From an uncultured Candidatus Bathyarchaeia archaeon (GTDB lineage Archaea > Thermoproteota > Bathyarchaeia > Bathyarchaeales > SOJC01), in NCBI GenBank assembly GCA_964346975.1, contig CAYFWV010000028.1:11209-75208 (forward strand): a stretch of 64,000 nt of DNA, given 5' to 3'. The notes under the pieces are model-generated. The model was not told where the DNA came from. It saw nothing but the letters and a program-made list of their open reading frames with translations, and made no database searches. Numbering within the stretch: position 1 is the stretch's first letter; every line of letters begins with the position of its first letter. The translations under genes were made by a program, and so were the position numbers. Positions 28,048 to 38,448 of this stretch are shown one piece after another.

Positions 28048-28404
28048 TTGTCTAGAAATAGAACCTTAGTTCATCACGCTTCTATCCATCTTCTCAGGAT
28101 ACCACCGGCGAAACTGGAATCTGCCAGAGTCTCTTGTGGTCGGAAACTGAAGGTTGGTGATCAAGTGGTTAGCCACAAATCACCTCTTCAATACGTCTTA
28201 AGTTTCAGTTTTTTAGGATTTGTGGAAAGGAATCCTGCCCTATGGACGAGAAAATCGCTAAAATGCGCGCAACAGTTATTAACTGTCAAATCAACAATAA
28301 AAGGAAAGGAGTTTAGTATAAAAGTGTGCTGTCATGAGCATAAGGGTGAACCAGAGGAAGGCCACAAACACGAAGGCAGTTGTTGCCATTCGCATAATAA
28401 ATAG
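28048..28404 (+). CDS. hypothetical ORF ending in a Cys/His-rich tail; possibly only a 26-aa micro-ORF (28324..28404) is real
   Basis: Tail VCCHEHKGEPEEGHKHEGSCCHSHNK*. AAGGAAAGGAG lies 12 nt upstream of in-frame GTG 28324. The N-terminal 90 aa are unconvincing. Confidence 0.25.
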   Translation: MSRNRTLVHHASIHLLRIPPAKLESARVSCGRKLKVGDQVVSHKSPLQYVLSFSFLGFVERNPALWTRKSLKCAQQLLTVKSTIKGKEFSIKVCCHEHKGEPEEGHKHEGSCCHSHNK

Positions 28405-28514
28405 TCGAACAAATTAAAACTCAGCCTTCTCTCCGTGTACAATAGAATAGTATTACATACATTGTCAGCGCGCGCATTTCTTCGAATAGGTTCTTCTTTC
28501 TTGGTTTTGGCTGT

Positions 28515-29051
28515 TCAGCAGGATAACCTAGTGTTATCAGCGCGCGCGCACAGTGGATCACTATTTGAGTTTTCACATTCCTGGGATGAACCCCATTTCC
28601 CCACGGAGTAGACGGCTTCGGCAACCTGCTTCTCATGCATCAGAAACCGCACTCGCAGCCTGAACCGCTGTAGCGGCATCAAAAAACTGTGAGGACGGAG
28701 ATTCACATACGGTCTCCCATAGACTATTTTCCCTGTTAAACGATTGATGACCTCATCGAGGCGCACCGTCAGCGTCATGGTCTCATTGAGTTGCTGACGT
28801 GTCCGGAAGAGCTTCGCAAAGAGCTTCATGTCCGCCTTGAGGCGTTTCCGCTGCTCCTGTAGACTCAAATGCTCATAGGTCTGCAGATAGTCAGCATCCC
28901 GTTCCGCCTGGATCGTGCGCACCATCTTCACAAATTGGCCCTTGTGACAGGCACGGGTTCGGCGAAGATCCTTCGCCACCGTCTTGCTGCAGACACCTAG
29001 TCTCTCAGCGATCTGCTGTTGCGTCAACCCTTGAGTGTAGAGCTCATACAC
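28515..29051 (-). CDS. HTH-domain protein (hypothetical regulator or mobile-element remnant)
   Basis: N-terminus VYELYTQGLTQQQIAERLGVCSKTVAKDLRR is a helix-turn-helix. GTG start. The frame stays open (basic residues, no start codon) up to 29249. Adjacent to the tRNA-Ser 3' end. Confidence 0.5.
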   Translation of the reverse strand: MYELYTQGLTQQQIAERLGVCSKTVAKDLRRTRACHKGQFVKMVRTIQAERDADYLQTYEHLSLQEQRKRLKADMKLFAKLFRTRQQLNETMTLTVRLDEVINRLTGKIVYGRPYVNLRPHSFLMPLQRFRLRVRFLMHEKQVAEAVYSVGKWGSSQECENSNSDPLCARADNTRLSC

Positions 29052-29280
29052 TGTTTTCCGTCGATTCCGCTCCTTCCAATACTGCTTCGTGCTTTGGAAA
29101 TACTTGTCAATCCGACGATAAGCAGGTGTTTTCTTTCGCCTCAGCTTGCGAGGTTCTTGTAGAAGGGTGCTGAAAGCGTGAGAATCTGTTACCTGAAAAA
29201 CGTGAGAATCGCTCTGTTTCTGAAAATCGATTATCTGCGCTGTGAGTGCTTAAAAAGGTGCTGTAACACGTGGATTAAGC

Positions 29281-29364
29281 GCGGGGTGCGGGATTTGAAC
29301 CCGCGAGGCCCAAAGGACCACAGACTTAGCAGGCCTGCCCCCTACCAGGCTAGGGTAACCCCGC
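29281..29364 (-). tRNA. tRNA-Ser(GCU), class II with a long variable arm; no encoded CCA
   Basis: Hand fold: GCGGGGT TA CCCT AGCCTGGTA GGGG G CAGGC CTGCTAA GTCTG TGGTCCTTTGGGCCTC GCGGG TTCAAAT CCCGC ACCCCGC. Confidence 0.92.
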
Positions 29365-29432
29365 ATGGTTTTCACGTAGCCCCGTAGCTTTTAGATGGAG
29401 TGTCTACTATTTCTCTTCTAGTGCGCACGAAG

Positions 29433-29966
29433 TTAATCTCCGATCTTATCGGTTTTGATCAGCTCTCGTAGTCGTTGAACCCCATCAATCTCTATGATGT
29501 ACTTTGAGACACTGTCTGGGACGAGGGTTGTCCAGGATCTGTTGTCCAGCATTCGTTCTCGGATCTCAGTAGCAGAATACAGGTGCCGTTTACTGAAGGG
29601 AATAGCTTTGACAGGAAATCCAGCTTCTCTGAAAAGCCGACACGTAAGAGGTTCGTTGGAGTAGACACATGCAAACTTTGGAGCATACCCTTTCACTTCA
29701 GCAACCCACATCATGTGGACATGCATGTCTCTGATGGGAATCAGCCAGTATTGCGAGTGCGGAATCTCCGCTTCGGTCAAGGCCGCACGTATCATCGTGA
29801 GTCTTTCGCCAGCAGTGAAAGGATTGTCTAATCGGTGACTGTACTGTGCACTCCCAATTACGATGACTACTTCATCAGCTTCGGAAAGAATATACTTGAT
29901 GGCATGAATGTGACCTAGGTGAAAAGGTTGAAACCTCCCCACGTACAGCCCTCGTTTCGACATCAT
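29433..29966 (-). CDS. nadM: nicotinamide-nucleotide adenylyltransferase (archaeal type)
   Basis: MMSKRGLYVGRFQPFHLGHIHAIKYILSEADEVVIVIGSAQYSHRLDNPFTAGER matches archaeal NMNAT. Start at ATG 29966 or 29963 inside the track ORF. Confidence 0.85.
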   Translation of the reverse strand: MMSKRGLYVGRFQPFHLGHIHAIKYILSEADEVVIVIGSAQYSHRLDNPFTAGERLTMIRAALTEAEIPHSQYWLIPIRDMHVHMMWVAEVKGYAPKFACVYSNEPLTCRLFREAGFPVKAIPFSKRHLYSATEIRERMLDNRSWTTLVPDSVSKYIIEIDGVQRLRELIKTDKIGD

Positions 29967-30252
29967 GAACCCTCGAGCCAACGGTGATATGACTAACTTC
30001 ATCTTTGCATGTTTTAAGTCTTCAGTAGACACACAGATGTCGCGTTTTCAGGAGAAATCGCATCCAACTATGATGAAGCACATGCAGTCCGTGTCAGCTT
30101 TCTCCGGTGCACAGAGATACTTGTTCACGTGCACGAGCTTGGAAGTCCCATTTTCAAGGGAAGGACATGGAGCTCTCTGGCTCATCTGTAGAATGAGGCT
30201 CTTTGAACACGATGTTTGGAATTGCTGCTGCATTGCGGAAAAGCGCACTAAC

Positions 30253-30259
30253 TTTAAAT
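30253..30259 (+). promoter_or_regulatory. TATA-box-like element upstream of psmB
   Basis: TTTAAAT 35 nt upstream of ATG 30294. Confidence 0.35.
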
Positions 30260-30293
30260 GCTGGGAGTGTATACCCAATTATTATTTCGTGGG

Positions 30294-30923
30294 ATGACCA
30301 GTTTGGTGGAGCAAGACCAACAGTATCCATATTATATGATGCCGGGTGCAACGACGCTCGGCGTTGTATTCTCTGAGGGCGTGATTCTCGCTTCTGAAAA
30401 GAGAATAACGTACGGTTATTTTGTGACAAGCAAAGCTGGCAAGAAAGTCTTCAAGATCACTGACCACATTGGAGCGGCTTGCGCAGGACTCGTCTCTGAC
30501 ATGCAGATGCTAGTGAGAGAAGTTGAGGCTCACTCGAACCTCTACAAGCTAGATGTAAGCAGGAAGATCTCCGTCAGGTCAGCTGGAAAAGTCATGTCCA
30601 ACCTTCTCTTCAATAGACGGCTGTTCCCACTCATTACGCAAACAATAATTGGCGGAGTGGACGATGACGGCCCTTCCATCTTTGTTCTTGATGTTCTCGG
30701 CTCTCTGATCCCTGACAAGTACGCAGCGGTAGGTACAGGCGCAGAGATCGCTGTAGGGGTTCTCGAGGAGAACTACAAAGAAAACATGAATCTACACGAC
30801 GCCAGAGAGATGGTTCTTCGAACTATCAAATCCGCAATCAGCCGGGACTCCATGAGCGGCAACGGAGTTGATCTGCTCATCATCACTGAGAAAGGCATGA
30901 TGGAAGAATCAGTAAAACTGTAG
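30294..30923 (+). CDS. psmB: proteasome subunit beta (with propeptide)
   Basis: ..MMPGA|TTLGVVFSEGVILASEKR.. has the catalytic Thr after the G-T processing site. ATG 30294 is favoured over ATG 30258. Confidence 0.9.
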   Translation: MTSLVEQDQQYPYYMMPGATTLGVVFSEGVILASEKRITYGYFVTSKAGKKVFKITDHIGAACAGLVSDMQMLVREVEAHSNLYKLDVSRKISVRSAGKVMSNLLFNRRLFPLITQTIIGGVDDDGPSIFVLDVLGSLIPDKYAAVGTGAEIAVGVLEENYKENMNLHDAREMVLRTIKSAISRDSMSGNGVDLLIITEKGMMEESVKL

Positions 30924-30997
30924 TCGCACCCGCTGCCTCTACGAGGGAACTCTGAAGACGCTCTGAAGACACGACACTAGGGAAACATGAGCGATGC

Positions 30998-31010
30998 GCC
31001 TCTCCTTTTC
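30998..31010 (+). terminator. candidate intrinsic terminator (C-rich tract plus T4)
   Basis: CCTCTCCTTTTC 75 nt after the psmB stop. Same motif family as in the accessory region. Confidence 0.3.
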
Positions 31011-31114
31011 ATGACAACACCTGAGCACTCAGGCCGAGCGCAGACGCTATGCGCTCGGAGGATACGAGGTTGAGAAACAGCAGGTCCCTTGTCTTCGGTC
31101 TGACGTGAGGATAG

Positions 31115-31217
31115 TGCGGCGGGCCGGATTCGAACCAGCGAACCCCTACGGGAAAGGATCTTGAGTCCTTCGCCTCTGGTCGACAACTGTTCTTTGACCT
31201 GGCTTGGCTACCGCCGC
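31115..31217 (-). tRNA. tRNA-Leu(CAA) with an 18-nt intron at a non-canonical D-arm position
   Basis: Hand fold: GCGGCGG TA GCC AAGCCAGGTCAAA G[AACAGTTGTCGACCAGAG]GC G AAGGA CTCAAGA TCCTT TCCCGTAGGGGTTC GCTGG TTCGAAT CCGGC CCGCCGC A. The intron is at plus coordinates 31174-31191, plus or minus 2 nt. Confidence 0.8.
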
Positions 31218-31340
31218 TCACACGCTTCAAAAAGTGACGACCTGAGAATTTAAGCATTGCCAGCAGACACTAGTGACAATGCTAGGTTCGGTGTGAATCT
31301 CGGTTTCCGAGCTTCCCCAAGGTTTAAACTTTGCACACCC

Positions 31341-31348
31341 ATAAAAAT
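31341..31348 (+). promoter_or_regulatory. TATA-box-like element; near-leaderless start of the NrdD-like gene
   Basis: ATAAAAAT ends 23 nt before ATG 31371. Confidence 0.4.
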
Positions 31349-31370
31349 AGCCACTGAAAGGCGACTACTC

Positions 31371-34516
<3,146 letters not shown>

Positions 34517-34527
34517 TCAAGAATCAA

Positions 34528-34992
34528 ATGACCGAAACCACTTTGCTCGTTTCAAAAATCAAAGATGGCACTGTGATCGATCACATAGCGGGTGGACATG
34601 CACTGGACGTGGTGAAGATTCTAGGAATAACAGGGAAGACAAATGGCATTGTGTTAATAGCTATGCACGTACCTAGCAAACAGCTAGGCCTCAAAGATAT
34701 CGTGAAAGTAGAAGGACGAGAGCTGGATCAAGAGGAGGTTGACAAAATCGCTCTGCTTGCTCCGGGAGCTTCTATAAACATAGTTCGCAACTATCAAGTG
34801 ATCGACAAGAAACGCGTGAAACTCCGAAGCCCAATACGCGGAATCGTGAAGTGCGGTAATCCCGCGTGTATATCAAACAGCAATGAGCCAGTCCAGCCGC
34901 AATTTCAGGTGAAGTCACAGAAGCCCCTGATGATTGGGTGTCACTATTGTAACTTCATAATGGAGAAGAAGGATATTCTGAAGCAATTCTAA
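34528..34992 (+). CDS. pyrI: aspartate carbamoyltransferase regulatory subunit
   Basis: LLVSKIKDGTVIDHI..G.ALDVVKILGI and the C-terminal Zn domain CGNPACIS..CHYC. Confidence 0.9.
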   Translation: MTETTLLVSKIKDGTVIDHIAGGHALDVVKILGITGKTNGIVLIAMHVPSKQLGLKDIVKVEGRELDQEEVDKIALLAPGASINIVRNYQVIDKKRVKLRSPIRGIVKCGNPACISNSNEPVQPQFQVKSQKPLMIGCHYCNFIMEKKDILKQF

Positions 34993-35348
34993 GGATTGGT
35001 CTGAAGAAGAAGGATAGCCTTAGCCAAATCACCGCCACTTTCTTCAAGAGCTTGTTTCGCCTCTTCAAGACTCCTCCCTGTCTGATCCGCAACAAGCTTC
35101 ACATCCTCCTGAGGAATGACCAGCTTCTCTTCTTCAGTCTCCAACGACCTCTCAGAGATCTTTCCTCCAGTCACCTGGAAAACCCGTTGACCTTTAAGGT
35201 TCAAGATGGCGACCTCTGCATCATCAACTACAATCTCTTTAGAGCTGGTCTTGAAGATAACTTGATGTACATCTGGCATTGTATCCATACTCAACCCCAT
35301 ACGTTTCATCATTCGTCTTGTGTCACGTGGACTCAAACCCTTACGCAT
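34989..35348 (-). CDS. nac: nascent polypeptide-associated complex protein (NAC plus UBA)
   Basis: MRKGLSPRDTRRMMKRMGLSMDTMPDVHQVIFKT.. and C-terminal AKQALEESGGDLAKAILLL. ATG 35348 abuts the upstream stop. Confidence 0.85.
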   Translation of the reverse strand: MRKGLSPRDTRRMMKRMGLSMDTMPDVHQVIFKTSSKEIVVDDAEVAILNLKGQRVFQVTGGKISERSLETEEEKLVIPQEDVKLVADQTGRSLEEAKQALEESGGDLAKAILLLQTNP

Positions 35349-35349
35349 C

Positions 35350-35865
35350 TCAACCACTCCCAATAGATCCAAACCTAACTTCGTTGATGCTCCTTTTCCT
35401 TCTTTCGGCAACTCCTCTTCGAACACGAATCGCAACACCCTGATCGAATGTTCTCATCTCTTCTCCGCTCAAGACCGCTCTCCCTACCGCCAAGAGCTTC
35501 CTGTTGCCGTCAACAACAACAACCTCCTCTCCAGTCCGGATTTCCTTGTCACAGTCACTCACATGTTTGGCGAAGACGCTTCTACCCGAGGAGACGAAAT
35601 CCCTAGCGTCATCAAGAATCTTCACCCACAATCGATGAGGCTTCAGTTTCAACAGTCTACCAGCACCCTGGATTCCCAGTGAAAAGAGGCCGTCAGTGGG
35701 GCGCAAGGTTGCCAGAAGCTCGTCTTCAAAGTAGATGTGACGGACTCTCCCAGTGCGACGAGACAAGTGAACATCAACACCGTCAGGAAAGAGGGCTTTT
35801 CCAGCACTACGTCCAAACTGATAGTCTGCGATGGATCGAATTCTATTCAGGTCGTCGCTTGACAT
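35350..35865 (-). CDS. PUA-domain RNA-binding protein (TGT-C2/PUA-like)
   Basis: MSSDDLNRIRSIADYQFG.. and ..IRTGEEVVVVDGNRKLLAVGRAVLSGEEM are typical of PUA domains. ATG 35865 after GGTGGA. Confidence 0.7.
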   Translation of the reverse strand: MSSDDLNRIRSIADYQFGRSAGKALFPDGVDVHLSRRTGRVRHIYFEDELLATLRPTDGLFSLGIQGAGRLLKLKPHRLWVKILDDARDFVSSGRSVFAKHVSDCDKEIRTGEEVVVVDGNRKLLAVGRAVLSGEEMRTFDQGVAIRVRRGVAERRKRSINEVRFGSIGSG

Positions 35866-36052
35866 ACTTCCACCAGTCGTTGGAGGCCAAGTGCGTCTTT
35901 CGTAGACTACCCTATTAAGGATTTGATTTTCTCCCATCCTATTCACCCACCTCTCTCACATCAAAAGAATCATATCATTACTGAGTAAACACGCTCAAGG
36001 TTCTTCATCCAAACATCATCAACAAGGAACCGCTGGATTCACTCATGAACAA

Positions 36053-36466
36053 TTGGAACTATCATCACCGTACGAATGCATAAACCATGGCGTGTGCTGT
36101 CGCGGGTTCGACCCTGTAGTCGAATACATACACAGGCTTGATGCCCGTGAGGACCTGAGAACGATCCTAGATTTTCTTGGAGAAGACTATTCGGATGAGA
36201 AGTTGCGTCCGTTGAGGATTCAGCTTGCCCCACTTGTTGGTCAGAGACTTGATGAGATTGCTCAGGCGAAGAATGTGAGTCAGACGGAAGCGTGGAAGCA
36301 GTTAGTAGAACAAGATCTGAAAACAATGGAAAAGACAGACGCAAAATTCAAGAAATTGAGAGAACGCTCCAAGAGGAAGCGTCAAGTGAAGGGATCATGG
36401 TGCATGTGCAAGCCCCAACAAGATACGCTAAAGGGCGCGTATGCACAAGGCTATGACTGCTATTAG
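36053..36466 (+). CDS. hypothetical protein
   Basis: 137 aa ORF with a charged helical C-terminal half. No family recognised. Confidence 0.35.
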   Translation: MELSSPYECINHGVCCRGFDPVVEYIHRLDAREDLRTILDFLGEDYSDEKLRPLRIQLAPLVGQRLDEIAQAKNVSQTEAWKQLVEQDLKTMEKTDAKFKKLRERSKRKRQVKGSWCMCKPQQDTLKGAYAQGYDCY

Positions 36467-36642
36467 CGGTACAGATAATTCCATACAGTATAAACAATAA
36501 CAAGAGCAATAACAACCGTGGCTACGGCATAGGTGCTTCTTCTGCTCAGTTTTAGGGCACCTGGTTTTACACCTCTCAAAACGAAGTATACCACCACAAC
36601 TAGGAATGGTACGATTAACCATAGCAAGCCTTCAGTATTCAT
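36463..36642 (-). CDS. small membrane protein (hypothetical)
   Basis: MNTEGLLWLIVPFLVVVVYFVLRG..AVATVVIALVIVYTVW (2 TM). ATG 36642 after GGAAGGG. Confidence 0.35.
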   Translation of the reverse strand: MNTEGLLWLIVPFLVVVVYFVLRGVKPGALKLSRRSTYAVATVVIALVIVYTVWNYLYR

Positions 36643-36807
36643 CCTTGTAGTCCCTTCCGTAGAATGAACTGCAAAACATTTAAGCATTCTCGCAGCCTCT
36701 AACGCTTGTTCGCAAGGCGTTCGCCTTGCATCCTTAGGTTTCAAGCTAACGTGCGCTCACAAATAATGCTAGGTCATCGCAGCAAACTAGCAAAAGGGAA
36801 GTAAGAT

Positions 36808-37053
36808 ATGACAATTGATGATCGTGACCACGCCTCTAAACAGCGCAAGGAAACCACCATTAACATTCGTCGCGTTATCGGTATCCTTGCTCTTGGAGTA
36901 GCTGCCCTATTTCTGGTGATTATTCAAAGCGCAGTCGCGACGTATAATTTTCTGCTGAGATCATATGTAGGTGGCGTTTTTACGGCATTGTATATTCTGT
37001 CCGTACTCATCGGGGCGGTATTTCTCAGCATGGAGCAAAAAGATAGTGGCTGA
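36808..37053 (+). CDS. small membrane protein (hypothetical)
   Basis: 81 aa, 2 TM (VIGILALGVAALFLVIIQ, VFTALYILSVLIGAVFL). Confidence 0.4.
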   Translation: MTIDDRDHASKQRKETTINIRRVIGILALGVAALFLVIIQSAVATYNFLLRSYVGGVFTALYILSVLIGAVFLSMEQKDSG

Positions 37054-37439
37054 CTGATGCCAGAAAAGCCTAATCCCTTCTTTGTTTTATGATTCTCTTG
37101 GGCGAGTGCTGTTGCACGACGCCGCGTGCGTATCAGTCCCAAGGTTGCTATGATGATTGATCTAGTGGACAAAAGAGACAGCCAGAAACCAATGAAGACC
37201 TCTGAGTAGAGGACTTGGCTCCCTGCGAAGTAGAGAGAATTCAAAACCAATCCTGCGAGCAGTGCGAGTAAGACTTTCTTGGTAGCGTCGGTCTTCCGCA
37301 GAGTTATCAGACCCAAGAAAGCCGCTATGATCTGTAATATGAACATTGAAATCAGGATAGTAGACGACAATATGGTGCCCAGACTTGGTCCCAACCGATC
37401 CGAATATTGAGAGGAAGACGGCCACTGCACGCTTGTCAC
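36924..37439 (-). CDS. membrane protein (hypothetical); its 3' end overlaps 36808..37053
   Basis: 171 aa. The N-terminal 110 aa are hydrophobic. The tail is probably non-coding read-on. Confidence 0.4.
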   Translation of the reverse strand: MTSVQWPSSSQYSDRLGPSLGTILSSTILISMFILQIIAAFLGLITLRKTDATKKVLLALLAGLVLNSLYFAGSQVLYSEVFIGFWLSLLSTRSIIIATLGLIRTRRRATALAQENHKTKKGLGFSGISQPLSFCSMLRNTAPMSTDRIYNAVKTPPTYDLSRKLYVATAL

Positions 37440-37442
37440 TAC

Positions 37443-37688
37443 TCACACGCCATCAATCCTTGAGAAAACTTGCTCTACATGCATGAAGGACCAGAAAGTT
37501 CCTCTATGCCAGGCGTACGCATCCGTAGCAAACGGAAAGAGTATCGACGCAACCAAGAGACCATAGCCAATGGTGAGGAACAACTTAAGAGGTTGAACCA
37601 GTCTCAAACCGTTCCCAGAATATCTCTGCGTACGCAAAGTCGTGACATAAACCTTCAAGAGTTTACTCACAAGTCCACACCTGTACAA
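37443..37688 (-). CDS. small hypothetical protein
   Basis: 81 aa ORF whose stop lies 4 nt from the next start. Weak support. Confidence 0.25.
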   Translation of the reverse strand: MYRCGLVSKLLKVYVTTLRTQRYSGNGLRLVQPLKLFLTIGYGLLVASILFPFATDAYAWHRGTFWSFMHVEQVFSRIDGV

Positions 37689-37798
37689 GAGAGAATTGCT
37701 CTAATAGAGCCATGGGTTAGAACAACCTAGTCCACATTCTAGAACACATCAAGCTGGCGATATGGTGTTGGCTGTCGCTACGCGCGGGCAGAAAGGAC

Positions 37799-38164
37799 TC
37801 ACGTTCTCTGTTTAGCCTTCCATGCATACCAGATAATAAGTACTAAGGCAACTACTTCTACAATTGTGATTGCTGCTATAGCGCTGAAATAGTCAGCTGT
37901 TGCCTCCGCCAGCCCAAACGGATAAGCCATTGCTATTAAGACAATGCTATAAATGATGTTCACCCAGCGATTAACAGAATCTTTCAGAATTAGGGTAAGG
38001 AAAGCCATGATTGGCGGAATCAACAACGAAACCGCTAATACCAGTCTCATTTCAGGTGTTTCTGGCATAAAACCTGGCATACTTTGCCCAATTATACTTA
38101 CTGCAATCATACAAAATTCGAGAAGAGACCAGAGCACTGCAATCTTTATCTTCCAATCTTCCAA
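37799..38164 (-). CDS. membrane protein (hypothetical, 4 TM)
   Basis: 121 aa hydrophobic ORF. Confidence 0.55.
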   Translation of the reverse strand: MEDWKIKIAVLWSLLEFCMIAVSIIGQSMPGFMPETPEMRLVLAVSLLIPPIMAFLTLILKDSVNRWVNIIYSIVLIAMAYPFGLAEATADYFSAIAAITIVEVVALVLIIWYAWKAKQRT

Positions 38165-38448
38165 GACTCTTCACCTCCCCTTAAGCAGAATTACTAAAGC
38201 CTACCGTCTTTCCTTCTCGGTTTATAAGACTTGCCAAACCTGCGGCGTCCATGTGATTTCCAGCGATTGAGGTCTTTTCCTACACGTTTCCAAGAATCGA
38301 ACACTATAGTGACGAAAAGCCATTTGGGTGGAGAAAGCTATGCGGTCTGCAATCTTCGAGTCACTTGTTGGACGTAGTCTGGGAGCCATTGGAATGGAGA
38401 AAAGTTAAACTATTGATGTAATTCTTGTATAGGAAGAATTGATCTATC

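Noticed and set aside
27180-29280. Integrated provirus or plasmid at tRNA-Ser
   Set aside because: No integrase, replication or capsid gene is present, and I could find no duplicate of the tRNA-Ser 3' end. Only an HTH gene and short repeats are there, so I kept it as a low-interest finding rather than a mobile-element call.
30977-31257. Track ORFs 30977..31186 and 31009..31257 (minus strand)
   Set aside because: They run through the tRNA-Leu gene and its structured flank. Their composition is Arg/Ser/Pro-rich, typical of spurious frames.
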